Positions 1 to 19,819 of a stretch of 64,000 nt of DNA are shown in pieces (position 1 is the first letter of the stretch; every line of letters begins with the position of its first letter). Position numbers and translations under genes: made by a program. A model generated the notes under the pieces. It made no database searches. It had not been told where the DNA came from and worked only from the letters and a program-made list of their open reading frames with translations. The DNA comes from the human T2T-CHM13v2.0 reference genome, Homo sapiens, in NCBI RefSeq assembly GCF_009914755.1, contig NC_060929.1; one strand, 5' to 3'.

Positions 1-279
<279 letters not shown>

Positions 280-471
280 CATGATATAGCCTTTATACTG
301 TACTAATGAGGCAATAATTCTTTGTCCTCTTATCATCAAAGATTGCATGATTTCCACCTCTGGTCACTATCTGATCTCACCCACTAATCGGATGAACTGT
401 GGGATCAGTTTGGAGCTCAGCTTGCTACTCCATGGATCCCAGAATATAATATCAAAATAATATCAATTCCA

Positions 472-798
<327 letters not shown>

Positions 799-1339
799 CT
801 ACAAATGTGGGTTAGTTGACAGCAAAGGGTTTCAGCCTGTCTAAAGAGAGTCAGGAGTTTGCTGATGCTGGAGGCCCCAATTAGAGCTGTGGCTTTCTGT
901 TTCCCTAGCCATCAATTCAACTTCATTGAACCTCATGACAGTCTATGAACTTAAACTGCCTTTTGGGCAGATTTACTTATAGTTAACTTCCCTTAGCTTT
1001 TTCTTGACAAATTTATTTGTCTTTTCTGGGCATCACAGATGAGAAGCACTCTGAAATGCCTGTTTGGATTGTATACATTAGCAGGTGCATGTGCACTGTT
1101 ACTGAATATTTCATGTTGTTTATGAACTTTTACTAGCAATCATTCACTGTGAGCAGGCGCTATGTATGTCCAGTGTTGGCATAGCTTCATGTCCTTCAGG
1201 GACCTGAATCACAGCTAGTCTGCCCTGACCCAAATCACAAGGAGTCCTTTGCCCATTTTTATTACACTGTTTGTCTTAAATATTTGTGTGAATTGTTTAT
1301 ATATTCTAGGTAAAAATCCTCCCAGAATACATTATATAA

Positions 1340-1381
1340 ACAATTTTTATATTATATATATTATATATATATATATATATA
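1340..1381. repeat. AT-rich (TA)n microsatellite
   Basis: Direct reading. Confidence 0.85.
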
Positions 1382-1441
1382 CTCGTATTCATTCTCCTGG
1401 TCTGTGGCTTGCTTTTGCCTTTTCATTTTCTTAAGGATATC

Positions 1442-2090
<649 letters not shown>

Positions 2091-2092
2091 TA

Positions 2093-2450
<358 letters not shown>

Positions 2451-3704
2451 CTAGAATGGAGTAACAGTGAACTTATCTTCTGGCTGAAAATGGACAAAAT
2501 GTATGAGTTGATGGTTTTAGGACACTGGGCATCAAACGGTAAAGGACAGTAATTCCTGAGAAAAAGGAAAGAAACGAAGTGAGCCCTCCACTTGCATCAA
2601 CTGATGAGAGTCCCTTAAATGCCTGGCTCCAAAAAGGGGACAAAAAGGGGCTTTATCTCTTTAAGGGTTTGGAGAAGCTACTGTAGAGAAGTGGGATGAA
2701 ACCAAGGCTGATGTCTGCTTTGGTCCCTCAGAATACTATTCAGATCACCCAATACGTATTATACAATCCCCAGATTTGCAAGACAAGGTCCCGGCTTTCT
2801 GATCTGGCAGCAGCCTGACCCTCCAGTGGGGCTGAGAAATGGTGGGAGGAGGGGTGGTAGCTGATTATGCATGCTGCTCTCGTACCAAAGCGCAGTAGCC
2901 TCCCCCTTCATGAAGCACTCCACTGGTTGTTCTAAGGGTCCAATCAGGTTCCAGGATTCCAAAATCATTGATTCCATTTGCTCTTTCAAGGTCAGTCATT
3001 GCTTTGGTGGGGGTGCTGACCCTGGAGCTCCCTACTCTGCCCTTTTGCATGATATCCCTCTCTCCATTCTGGCTTGCCCTGTAGAACTACTTCCTCAAGC
3101 CTACCACCAACGTGCTGCTCCATTGTCTATCACCGCTGGGCCTTCCTCCTCAGTCAGGCAAACTGGAAGGAACATGTAAGTGACAGGCTTCTGTGTACTA
3201 CCCTCAGTATTTTTGTAGTTTTTAAATAAATGAAACTGCTTTTTTTCTGATTATAAGAGAAAAAACACTCCCTTAAAATATTTGGATGCAAAAACTTTAT
3301 ATGAAAATTTCCCTTCGCTAAGAGATAGTATCATCCTTAAGATTTTGTATATAACTATTAACATTTTTCTGTGCATGATTATGTGTACAGAGTCGTTTAT
3401 TTTGTCCTTTTACTTGCTTTTTTAAAAACCTGAGTGTATCTTTGACATCTTTCCATGTTAGTAAGTATAGATTGTCATGATTTTTAAGAACAAAATAATA
3501 ATTTATTTAACACTTCCAAAGCAATGGACATCTAAATCTTTTCTTTTTATTATTATCAATATCGTATAATGAACGTCGTAACAACTTGTTATGTTTCTTT
3601 AATGATAAATTCCTAAAATATGATTTGTTGAGCCGGGTTTTTTTGGCTTTGGTAAAAATTGCTACATTTTCTTTCAGAAAGTTTGTCCCAGTTTACTCTC
3701 CCAT

Positions 3705-4480
3705 TGAAAGTGGAGAGGTCCCTTATCCCCCTGGCAGGACATGCAGCAGGAGTATGGCTGCTCCAGCCCGTAGCGGGAGCATGCAGACGGGCAGATGCAG
3801 AGGCTGTGGGGAGTGCTTTTGGGCTCCGGCCCCATGGCGGTGCCTAGGGTGGGGTGTCTACGACCCCTGAAGCCCACGTGGACATGTGTTACAGTGTGTT
3901 CTTTCAGCTTTGCCATCTGCAGACGGCTTGTGTTAATCAGCTCAATAAACCCTCCGCCTTTTTGCAAGGGCAGGGGGCCAGTGTGACAGCCTGAGTTCTT
4001 GCCCAGTGTACCAGAAAAATCAGATCACACGTGGGCTGAAAGGATGAGTGCACGGTTTTACTGTGTGGCGGAGGTGGCTCTCAGTGCGATGGATGGGGAG
4101 CTGGAAGTGGGGATGGAATGAGAAGGTGGTCTTCCCCTAGAGTCAGCCCGACCATCCGCGGCTGAACTCCCCTCAGTGTCTAGACGTCCTCTTCTCCCTT
4201 TCTCTGCTGTGTCATTCCACCATTGCTGGTCTGCTGGTGTTTGCTGGTCTGTTCCTCTGCTCCTCTTGACATTCAGCCACTTCTGTCTGTACCCCCTAAG
4301 GTCTTGGGTTTATATGGGCACAGGATGGGGGGCATGGAGGGCCAAAAGGCAACTTTTTGGGCATGAAAACAGAAATGCCTGTCCTCACTTAGGGCTGCAG
4401 GTCTTCAGGCTGGAGGGTGGGGCCTTTGCCAGGGAGCCACCCTCTTCTACCCAGTATTTCCCTGTCTCCTGTTTGTATCA
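3705..4480 (-). mobile_element. ERV1 solo LTR, LTR1/MER52-related
   Basis: TG...CA termini, 4-bp TSD CCAT (3701-3704, 4481-4484); minus-strand start TGATACAAACAGGAGACAGGGAAATACTGGGTAGAAGAGGG resembles recalled LTR1. Confidence 0.8.
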
Positions 4481-4580
4481 CCATCAATCACAGTTTGATT
4501 AACCTTTGATTCACACCTTAAGTGCCTGCTTCACCACTCCAAGCATACTGGATATTCTCAATTATAAAACTATCACATCA

Positions 4581-5250
<670 letters not shown>

Positions 5251-5439
5251 GAAAGCATAGCAATTAAAAAGTCTCTTGCAGCTGATTTTTTACAAATTGT
5301 ATTGATTTAGCCCTTGATATTGGACCTAGAAATATATGTTCCACAAAGCCTTGTGAAATATTTGCTATTTTACTATATGCTTCATTGTCTCCTTTATTAC
5401 ATTTGGGGTATTTTGGTGCTTTATTTTAAGAGCAGTTTA

Positions 5440-5832
<393 letters not shown>

Positions 5833-6179
5833 TCAAATAAAATCTACTCCTCCTTAAAAAAATTATAGTCTCACAAAAAGTTAATGCCACTAAATCTGCC
5901 CATCACTTTTTCTCACACTGCTTGTCTCCACCAGAAGGAACCTCACTCTGATGTTTGGGAGAACTGCGGGATTTGTCTTCAGATTCTGTAGCCTCAGGAG
6001 TGTGGAAACCCGTCTGGTTTGTCTCCTAATACACAATCAGTCCAGAGGGAATCCATGTACAAAACTCCTAAAATAACAATATGCCCTCACATCTGTGAAT
6101 GTGGCAAAATAAGTCAGGTATTGCATTTCTTCCCTTTGTTTGTCCATTATCCACTTCCTTCTCATCCTTTCTAAGATAA

Positions 6180-6600
6180 TCTATATTTTATTGGAAGTGG
6201 CGATGTATCTAACCCTAACAAACAAGTGAACAAACAACAGCAACATATGACAACAACCTTTCCCAGCCTGCGTGGCAGGCAGGTGGCCATTGAGATGTGA
6301 AAAGAAGATGCTGAGTGGTGATTCTGGGAAATCCCTGGAAAGTGATAAACTTCTTTTGCCCTTCCTCTCCTCATCCTTCCACTGAGACAGGACAAGATGG
6401 TGGGATCCCCAGCAGCCATTTTGGAAACACAGGGATGAAAGCCTCACTCTATGGCTGGGGGAGGAGGGATCTAGAAGGAGCCACGTTTCTGGCGTTGGAC
6501 TTCCCATTCTGGAATTGTCATTATGGAAGACAAAAATAAACCCGTCTTGTTTAAATAGATGTAATTGGGATTTTCTGTTACCTGCAGCTGATTTAGATTC
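6180..6600. mobile_element. Degenerate MaLR/ERVL LTR-like fragment
   Basis: MLT1-like motifs tttcccagcc, cagccattttgg, ttctgttacctgcagc. Confidence 0.35.
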
Positions 6601-6789
6601 CCAGAAATAGGCATATCTCTTCTAATAATAGTAAAATTCTCTTCTAATTCTTCTCCCACTTTCAGTTTTTTTTTCCCTTCTCTAAAAATGGTCTAAATTG
6701 GTGTGTGGAAGGAAGTGGTGTTGAGGTGACGTCCAGAGTCGGGTTCTGTTTCCTCCTATCTTGAACCTCCCCAGACATCGGCCCAGCAC

Positions 6790-8045
<1,256 letters not shown>

Positions 8046-8150
8046 CCCACTACAGCTCAGGGAGGTAGCAGGCTACACAGACCACAGGGGAAAATCACTT
8101 AGCAGAGTCTGGGCTTGCTTTATGTTCAGAATCAAATTGCAGAATCAGAG

Positions 8151-8222
8151 GGGGAGGTTGCAGTGAGCCGAGATCTCACCACTGCACTCCAGCCTGCTGA
8201 CAGAGCAAGACTCCGTCTAAAA

Positions 8223-8269
<47 letters not shown>

Positions 8270-8270
8270 G
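8151..8270 (+). mobile_element. 5'-truncated Alu right-arm fragment with (TAAA)n tail
   Basis: ggaggttgcagtgagccgagat... followed by a TAAA array. Confidence 0.9.
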
Positions 8271-8519
8271 AAAGTAAGGGTTGTTTCAGGAAGTTTATTT
8301 TTCAGGGTCATTGCAGCCCTAATTTTCAGTCTCTGGTGATAAGGGACTATTTTCTTGCCATGTCACTGGGAGGAATCTTTATGGCTGGCTGCATGCAGGG
8401 AGAGACAGGTCAGCTAGCCCTTTCTGAAGCTACAATTTCTCCAATGTTTTTCATTCAAAATGATCAATATACCGATTAAGCATATTTGGGGATAGCACGT
8501 CCTTGACTCCATTAACTAC

Positions 8520-8920
8520 CATTATGGTTTTGGGGGAAGAACCCCAGAGAGGTGAAATATTTTTATCATACCAGAGGTATGTGATTATCAGCATGACTTA
8601 TCACTGATAATGTTAACCTTCCTCACTTGTTTAGGGTAATGTTTCCCAGGCTTTTCCACCATAAAGTTTGTTTTTTCCCATATTCTATACTTTGTTTGTT
8701 GGAAGCAAGTCACTAAGTCCAGCCCATCCTCAAGTGGGAGGAGAGGATTAAGCTTCACCTTCTGGTGGGTGGGTTTGGGGGTGGGAAAAGTGTTCACAGA
8801 TATTAGTTGGAATTCTTCTGTAAGGAAAATTTGTTTCTTCTCCCACACTGATTTATTTAATCATCTGTTTTCATCAGTATGGACTCGCTTATATTTATTT
8901 CATACTTTGGGTTATAATCC
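8520..8920 (-). mobile_element. Old L1 (L1MC/MD-like) 3' UTR fragment, host of the mariner insertion
   Basis: gggttataatcc resumes as tactactctgttt after 10858; the contiguous form occurs inverted at 12073-12150. Confidence 0.6.
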
Positions 8921-9964
8921 GATGTGAAGGTCTTCAAAAAGTTCATGGAAAGTATGTATTAATATTATGAAAAAAACTATACACGGATTTCAAGCATTTT
9001 TTCACATCAAAATAAACTCATACTAACATGTTATAACATGTCTGAACAGAATCTAGTTTGAGGCACTAGGAAGGATAAGACGTCAGTTTGAAAAGAGCCC
9101 CTTTCAGAAAAACATAAATTCTGCTAAATTTGAAACAGGGACAAACATTAAATTAGTGGAACAGAAACATCAAATTGAAGCTTGGATGGAAGAATGGTGA
9201 AATCATTGATGCTTTTTGAAACGTTTATGAGGACAATGCCCCAAAGAAATTAGCAGTTTACAAATGGATACATTGTTTTAAGAAGGGAGGAGATGAGATG
9301 ATGTTTAAAATGAAGCTTGCAGTGGCAGACTATCTGCATCAATTTGCAAGAAAAAAATTCATCTTGGTTTGGCCTTAATAGAAGAGGACTGGCAATTAAC
9401 AGCAAAAGCAATAGCCAGCACCATAGATATCTCAGCTGTTTCAGCTTACACAATTCTGACTGAAAAAGTTAAGAAAACTTTCTACTCGATGAGTGCCAAA
9501 ACCATTGCACCCTGATCAGCTGCAGACAAGAGCAGAGATTTCCATGGAAATTTTAGACAAGTGGGATGAAGATCCTGAAGCATTTCTTCGAAGACATGTA
9601 ACCGGAGATGGAACGTGGCTTCATCAGTACAATCCTGAAGACAAAGCACAATCAAAGCAATGGCCACCAAGCGGCGGAAGGGGTCTAGTCACAGCAAAAG
9701 CAGACCAGTCAAGAGCAAAGATCATGGCAACTGGTTTTTGGAGATACTCAAGGCATTTTGCTTGTTGACTTTCTGGAGGGCCAATGAACAATAATGTGCT
9801 TATTATGAGAGTGTTTTCAGAAAGTTGGCCAAAGCTTTAGCAGAAAGCTAAAAAAAAAAAAAAAAAAAAAAAGCTTTAGCTCAGGAAAGCTTAACCATAG
9901 AGTCCTTCTCCACCACGACAATGCTCCTGCTCATTCCTCTCATCAAACAAGGGCAATTTTGCAA

Positions 9965-10223
9965 GTTTCGCTCTTGTGCAATGGCGCACTCTTGGCTCAC
10001 CACAACCTCCGACTCCCAGGTTCAAGTAATTCTTCTGCCTCAGCCTCCTGAGTAGCTGGGATTACAGACATGTGCCACCATGCTCGGCTAATTTTGTATT
10101 TTTGGTAGAGTCAGGGTTTCTCCATGTTAGTCAGGCTAGTCTTGAACTCCCGACCTCAGGTCATCCATCCACCTCAGCCTCCCAAAGTGCTGGGATCACA
10201 GGCATGAGCCACTGCACCTGGCC
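9965..10223 (-). mobile_element. Alu inside Hsmar2, tail region deleted
   Basis: Alu consensus without a poly(T) end. Confidence 0.9.
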
Positions 10224-10493
10224 TTGCAAATGTTTCTATTGGAAATCATTAGGCATTCACCTTACAGTTCTCATTTGGCTCCTTCTATTTTTTTTGTTTT
10301 CTAATCTTACAAAAATCTTTAAAGGGCACCCATTTTTTCTTCCATTAATAACGTAAAAAATGCTACGTTATCACAGTTGAATTCCCAGGACCCTCAGTTC
10401 TTTAAGAATGGACTAAATGGCTGGCATCATCACTTATAAAAGTGTCTTGAACTTGATGGAGCGTCTGTTAAGAAATAAAGTTTGTATTTTTAA

Positions 10494-10805
<312 letters not shown>

Positions 10806-10905
10806 TAATTTTTATCTTTCAATTGCGTTTTTTCCAAGAACTTTTTAAAGCCCCTCATACTACTCTGTTTATTGCTTGAATTGTTCCAGTTTTGACCATT
10901 GGTAG

Positions 10906-11442
<537 letters not shown>

Positions 11443-11474
11443 TAAAAGATGACCTGTTTGAAAATAGGCTCAGC

Positions 11475-11751
<277 letters not shown>

Positions 11752-11879
11752 TCATTTTTTTTTTGCATATGGATATCCAGTTGTTTTAGCACAATTTGTT
11801 GAAAAGATTGCTTTCTCCACTGAATTACCTTTGCACCTTTCTCAAAATTGATTGTTTGCTTCAATAGCAGTTAGCACAC

Positions 11880-12180
11880 CTAGTACCCAGATCTTGGTTT
11901 TTAAAACCATTCTTCAGTAAAACAATCTAGAACTCCTTGAAGTGGCTGATTTTAGGACTGAGGCAGGAAATACACAAGATGAGCCTGGAACATCTTGTAG
12001 CACCAGAAAGTAAGGAAGTACTGAAGAAGGAAAACCGTATTTGATGGGGTTACATGACAGGAGCCGACTGAAAGAGCTCCCAATGGTCAAAGCTGGAACA
12101 ACTGGAGCAGCAGAATAAAGAGAGTAGTATTGGATTATAACCCAGAGTATACAGTAAATATCCATGAGTTCATACTCATG
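11880..12180 (+). mobile_element. Old L1 (L1MC/MD-like) 3' UTR fragment
   Basis: Inverted homology to 10858-10930 and 11290-11395. Confidence 0.6.
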
Positions 12181-12445
12181 GATATTTTGGTAAAAGTTTC
12201 TTATGCAGTTGGAAAGAATGTGTATTCTGTTGTGTTGGGGTGGAGTATTCTATAAATGTCAGGTTAAGTTGGTTGATAATGCTGTTCAAGTATACTATAT
12301 CCTACTCATTATCTGGAAGACAATGAAATCTCTGGAAGATTGGGAGAGGGAGATTGAAATCTTGTTATAATTATAAATGTGTCTATTCCTCTGTGCTGTT
12401 CTATTAGATTTTTCTTCATATATTTTGAAGCTCTGTTATTAGATG

Positions 12446-12890
12446 TGTTGAAGTCAGATAAAATAAAGAGATGAATCTCTAAATTTAAAATGTTTTATTT
12501 TGGAAGCAAGAATTGCAGTTGGGGCATACACACAGACCAGGTGGGTTTTGGTATGTCTGAAGAACAAAGAGAAGGTTAGAGGTGTTATGAAAAAGAGAAA
12601 TGTTACATATTGTTTTGCAAGAAAGTACATTGTCACTGGTAAGGTTCTGGGGAGCTGGCAAGTTCTGATTGGTGAGTGATGGCGGTGGGTCAAACTAGTT
12701 TTAGAGTTGTACCAGGTTATTTTAACAGCTAATTAGATAAACTGGCTTCAGTTTACAACAGCTAGGCTTGCAGAGAATTCATTCTTGGAGCAATGTTATG
12801 TGCCCTGATTGCTTTTATTTCTCTGGCCTCTTGACTCTGTTTTAGTTGGGTATGACACGAATAACCCAATTTGTATGATCAACTTTCACA
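12446..12890 (-). mobile_element. ERV1 solo LTR (MER83-like, tentative)
   Basis: TG...CA termini and 4-bp TSD GATG (12442-12445, 12891-12894). Confidence 0.75.
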
Positions 12891-13157
12891 GATGTGTAAA
12901 TATTTGGGATTGTTACATTCTCTTTATTAATTGACCCCTTTATCATCATCAGATGACCTTATTTATCCCTGGTAATATTTCTTGCTCTAAAGTTTACATT
13001 GTCTGATATTACAATAGCCACTCTTTTTTATGAGTGTTAGCGTGGTATATCTTTTTCCACTGTTTGATTTTGATAGGTATATTTGAAGTGCATTTATTGT
13101 AGGGAATATAAAATTGGGTCTTACTTTTTTAAATCAAATCTTAAAATCAATCTCTGC

Positions 13158-13462
<305 letters not shown>

Positions 13463-13904
13463 AATCTCTGTTTTTTAATTAGGATATTCAGACTATTTAC
13501 ATTTGATGTGATTATTCATATAGTTAGGATTGAGTCTACAAACCCTGCAACGTGTTGTCTATTGGCTCCATCTGTTAGTTGTTCTATGTTTTCTCTTGGT
13601 CTAACTTCCTTTGGATTAATTGAATATTTTTAATGTTTTCATTTGATCTCCTTTGTTGACTTATTAGCTATAACTATTTCTCTTGTTCTTTTAGTGGTTG
13701 CCTTAGGGTTTATTATATACTTCTTCAGCTTATCGGTCTATCTGCAAGTGATGTTATACCATCTCCTGTATAAGAACCTTACTGTGTTATATTTCTATTT
13801 CTTCTCTCTCAGACTTTAAGCTGTATCATCTTATTCATGTTACAAACACTATATGGCATTATTATTATTTTTGTTTACATTCATCTGTCTTTTGCAGTTA
13901 TTAT

Positions 13905-14220
<316 letters not shown>

Positions 14221-14702
14221 TAAGAAAACAGTCATATATTCATCTGTGCAGTTATCGATTCTGGTGTTCTTCATTCCTTTGTATAGATGTGCATTTTCAT
14301 ATAGGGTCATTTTTCTTCTACCTGAAAGACTTCCTTTAACATTTCTTTTAGTGCGGGTCTGCTGATAGTAAATTCTTTCAGCATTTCTTTTTCTGACAGT
14401 CTGTTTCACTTTGGATTTGTTTTATACTGGATTTAGAATTCTACACTGACAGTTTCTTTTTCTTTCAGTACTTTAAAGCTATTGCCCTCCTGTATTATCA
14501 CTTGCATGGTTTCTGATGACCAATCTGTTGTCATCCGTGTCCTTGTTTCTCTATATGCAGTGCCTTTTTTCTCTCTGGTTACTTGTGTTTTCTCACTGAT
14601 TTTGCACTCTCTTATTATTAGGTGGCTTCTTTTAGTAAGGAAACTTCATTACTTGTGCTTGGGTTTCTTGATCTTCCTATATCTGTGAATTTGTAAGTTT
14701 CT

Positions 14703-14996
<294 letters not shown>

Positions 14997-16299
14997 GAAT
15001 TTGTATGTTTCATAAAAATCTGAACAATTACTATTTTTCTGTACCCCTTGCTCCCTCTTCCCATTTGCACATATATTAGGCTGTCTGATGCTGTCACACA
15101 GCTCACTGATAACTGTTTTTGAAAATTATTTTGTTCTCTGTTTTATTTTGGATAATATATATCGCTGTCTTCAAGTTCACTGATCTTTCCTTCTGCAATG
15201 TCTAATTTGCCATTCATCTCATCCACTGTTTTTTCACCTTAGTGATTATATTTTTCATCTTTAGAAGTATGATTTGGGTCTTTAAAAAATATCATCCATT
15301 GGAGTTAGAGCTGAAAAAAAGAAAAAATAAAAATATCATCTCTGTCTCTTCTTAACTTTTTGAACATATGGACTACAGTTATAGTAACTGTTTTTGATGT
15401 TCTTGTCTGCTAATTCTAACATCTGTGCCATTTCTGGATCAGTTTAAGGTGACTGATTTCCCCCTCATTGTGGGTCTTTTCTTGTCGTTTTGTGTGCTGT
15501 TAGTTCAACCGGATGCTAGATACTGTGGATTTTACCTTGTGTTGCTGGGTATTTTATTACTCCTATAAATATTCTTTAGCTTTGTTCTGGGATGTAGTTA
15601 AGCTGCTTAGAAGAAGCTTGATCCTTTCAGGTCTGGCTGTCAAGATTTGTTAGGTCAGAACAGAGCAACATTTTTTTTCCTAGGGCTAATTATTCCCTAT
15701 CACTGAGGCAAGAGCTTTTTGCTTCTACCACCAGTGTCCCTGAATTATTAGGTTTCTAGTCCGGCTGTTAGAAACAGGTGCCCTTCTCAGCCCTCTGTGA
15801 ACCCAGGTGCTGTTCTCACTAGTCCTTTCCGATCATTCCTTCTCTGATCTCTGGTAGTTTCCTGACAACGCTTGCACTGATCAGTACTCAAACAGACCCT
15901 CCACAGAAGTCTGGAGTTTTCTCCTTTCCTGCTTTCTGTTGCCTGTTACTCTGTCTTGTGAACACCCACTGCCTTGGCCTCCTCAGTTCAGGGAGCCTGC
16001 CCTCCTCCTCGTTTCCTCTCCCTATGCCTAGGCACTTGCTTGAGGTGGTGTGCCGGGCAGTCACAGGGCTGCCACAGGGATCATTAGCTTTTATTGCCTC
16101 ATGCCCACTGGCCTGAGAGCTGTTGTTTCCTGTATTTTTTCAGGATTTTGGTTGTGCCAAGTGGGAGGGTAAATCCGTTTCCTTTTACTCCATCTGCTAG
16201 AAGCAGAAGTGTCCACTGACTTTTAATATTTTTCTTTCAAAACCCACATTAGAAGAAACCCTTCCTCTGTAACAACAACCAACAGCTTGACAAAGTGTG

Positions 16300-16430
16300 T
16301 TCCCATTGTTCTGTCACTCCTCTGCTTTTCAAAGCAAGCCTGCAAGGTGGATGCTATATCCCCATTTTACAGATAAGGGGACAGAGCCTCAGAGAGGTTA
16401 AGAGACTTTTCCCAGGTCACACAGACCGCC
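16300..16430. mobile_element. MIR fragment
   Basis: ccccattttacagata...ctcagagaggttaag...cccaggtcacacag. Confidence 0.7.
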
Positions 16431-16738
16431 ATTGTAGTGGGGATATGGGCTTGATCCTGGCTCCGCCTGTACAGACTGTGTGACCTTGGTAGTTCCCGGC
16501 TGTACAGATTGTACAGACTGTGTGACCTGCTGTAGTTCCCAGCAGGGAAAACAGAGCCATATGGTGTGAGGGTTGGTATTACTGTTTTCATTTTTAATTT
16601 TTATTTTATTTTATTTTTTGGTGGGCTTTGAGAGTGATATTTCCAGGGTGACAGCGTCACTGAGCTGGGGCACCTGGGGAGATTCAGGGATCTCTGTGAT
16701 TGGTCTTCTGACTGCGCCTTATTCAGAAGATAAGGCAA

Positions 16739-17123
<385 letters not shown>

Positions 17124-17859
17124 TAGTGGGGAGTTACTGGCACCCAGTGGCAGAGAGGACGGGGTGAGGGGAGGGAGGAGCACCAGAAGGTTAGAGGGTA
17201 GCCTGGTGGAAGCTGTGGGCAGAGCACACTGAGGTGGGGCTACACCAGCTCTCCACCCCTCTCCACCCATCTCCTGGTTTGTGATTATCCCTGCTTCTCC
17301 CACTTCTGGGTGAAAAAGGTGGGGAAATAAATTCATGAAGCCGTGAGTAGGTGAGGTGTTAGGGAGACAGCTTGCCAGGGTGGGCAGCACAGATGACTGG
17401 TGGGTGGGGAGGGAGGTGGTGGGAGGTGAATGTGCAGATCCTCAGATCTCTGAGAAACAAGGTGGAGGGGGCTAACGTGGTGTGCAGAGTGGCAGGTGGG
17501 GGCACTGGTGGCTGATACCTGAGGCACAGGTGTTTCCTGGGAAGAAGGGGATGTGGTCTTTTCCTGGCCATGGGGGAGGCTTTGAAAGGTTCTTGGAGAA
17601 TTTCTTTTATAGTGAGATTATTTTCAGACTGAGTTTTTTAAAGTGTGGAATGGCACAGAATAGTGCCATTTATTAAGTGCCTACTGTATGCTCAGAACCC
17701 ATTTCACATGCATCAGCCTGTTTCATTCTCACATAAGGTAGGTACTATTAATTCCATTTCACAGGTGCAGAATTTGAGGCTCAGGGCCATGGGGATGGCT
17801 TACCGAAGCACCCTGTGCTTTGTCTTGTGTGTGTGGTGGGTTTTTTTTGTTGTTGTTGT

Positions 17860-18293
17860 TTGTTTGTTTGTTTTGAGACGGGCTCAGTCTGTCACCTAGG
17901 CTGGAGTGTAGTGGCACAATCATAGCTTATAGCTCACTGCAGCCTCAACCTCCCCAACTCAAGCGATCCTCCTGCCTCAGCCTCCCGAAGTGCTAGGATT
18001 ACAGATGTCAGCCACCAGCCTGCTTTGTTGTTGTTATTGTTGTTTTGAGACAGGGTCTTGCTCTTTGGCCCATGCTGGAGTGCAGAGGTGCAGTCTTGGC
18101 TCAGTGCAGTCTCCTGGGCTGACGCCATCCTCCCACCTCAGCCTCCTGAGTAGCTGGGATTACAGGCGTGCACCAACCATGCCCAGCTAACTTTTTGCAT
18201 TTTTTGTAGAGGTGGAGTTTCACCATGTTGCCCAGCTGGTCAGGTGATCTGCCCACCTCTGCCTCCAAAAGGGCTGGGATTACAGTCATGAGC
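17860..18293 (-). mobile_element. Alu monomer plus adjacent old Alu
   Basis: Two tandem antisense Alu pieces with (TTG)n/(TTTG)n tails. Confidence 0.85.
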
Positions 18294-18569
18294 TTCCTTC
18301 TTTCAACGCAAGATGTTCATAGGGGGCTGGAGTCTGTTTAGACAGAATTCATGGGAGGGCCTTGACCTCAGCTTAGCAGATTTGGAGAGGGATGAGAGAA
18401 GAGAATACAATATTTAAGACTGTGCCAAATACAGTATTAGGTTCCTATATACATTCTGCATAGTAGATACTATTGAGTGATCTGGTATCGTTTTGACTAC
18501 TCCAATAGTAACTCCTCTTCCTGTGGGAAGCTAGAGTTTCTGTTAGTATTTGTATGTTAACCGTCCCAA

Positions 18570-18860
18570 TTTTTTTTTTTTCAGCAGGGTCTCGCGTGTC
18601 ACCCAGACTGGAGTGCAGTATGTGATCTCATCTCACTGCAGCCTCCGCCTCCTGGGTTCAAGCAATTCTCCTGCGTCAGGCTCCAGAGTAGCTGGAATCA
18701 CAGGTGCGCACCACCAAGCTTGGCTAATTTTTGTATTTTTAGTAGAGATGGGGTTTTGCCATGTTGGCCAGGCTAGTCTTGAGCTCCTGACCTCAGGTGA
18801 CCCATCTGCCTTGACCTCCCAAAGTGCTGGGATTACAGGCGTGAGCCACCGCGCCTGGCC
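18570..18860 (-). mobile_element. Alu
   Basis: Alu consensus; TSD gtcccaattttt. Confidence 0.95.
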
Positions 18861-19819
18861 CCATTGTCCCAATTTTTAAATGTTGGCATCTAATTGAAAA
18901 AAAAAAACATGTGGACCAAACAGTGCAGTTCTCAACTGCAGTTCTTCACATGTAGTTCTTGACTGCAGGTGAAAGGAGTTTTTGGCAGCAGAGCTCCTGC
19001 AGTGCCACGCTCTGTGCTAGGGTGGCTGGGGACAAAGGCAAGTCAGCCAGGACTCCTTGGGAAGCTTTGATCCACAGGTGAGAGCAGCCTTCTACAGGGG
19101 AAAGGAGCACTGTCATAGGATTTGGTGTAATGGGATTTGACCCACGTTATTCTTGAGCTCCTTAGGCATGAATCTGCAGAACGCTTTTTGTAGCTGAAAT
19201 GGAAAAAGTAAAACACCTTGCAGCAGGCTTTTTGTTCTCCTAAGGGCTTTTGAGTTTCCTAAGGACTTTCCCTATCTCATTTGAGTTACTCCATTAAATG
19301 AGCAATAAACCCATTTTCCTGGGGGTCGAGGGGTAGCAGGCAACTAAGGCTCAAGGGAAATAAGTGTCTGAGAGTCACACAGGCTGGGATGAGGGAGAGG
19401 CCAGCCTGGGACCCAGCCCTCCTGAGTCTGTTTCCCAGCTTGCTACAAATAGGGAGGGGGAAGTGCGGACAGCTCAGAGAGATGAGACGACTCATCCAAA
19501 GACACACATCCAGGAAGCTCAAGAAAGGTACCAAAGCGTGTCCATGCACTCCTTGAGGTAATCTGAAAAATGTTTTATATTTGCACTTTTGTCTGTTTCT
19601 CAGAGTAAAAGTCCTAAAACTTTGGACAGATTCTCAAAGGGGTCTGTGATTCTCAAAGAGTTAAGAGCCACTAATTTAAGCTGAGGCCTTTCTGACTCCA
19701 AAGCCTGTATTCGGGGGCACCCTCCACCAGATCCTAGTTAAGAGGATATTCTTTAAAATTAAAACCTATATAAGATCTGGGTCTGCATCCTGAAGAAAGC
19801 ACACTCATGGTAAATGGTC

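Noticed and set aside
9493-9768. Active or domesticated transposase
   Set aside because: Only a 91-aa fragment; the rest has stops, frameshifts and Alu insertions, and the last catalytic Asp is lost
16468-16540. Tandem duplication tgtacagactgtgtgacct...gtagttccc (similar small duplications at 22064-22137 and 25317-25350)
   Set aside because: Ordinary local slippage duplications with no sign of function
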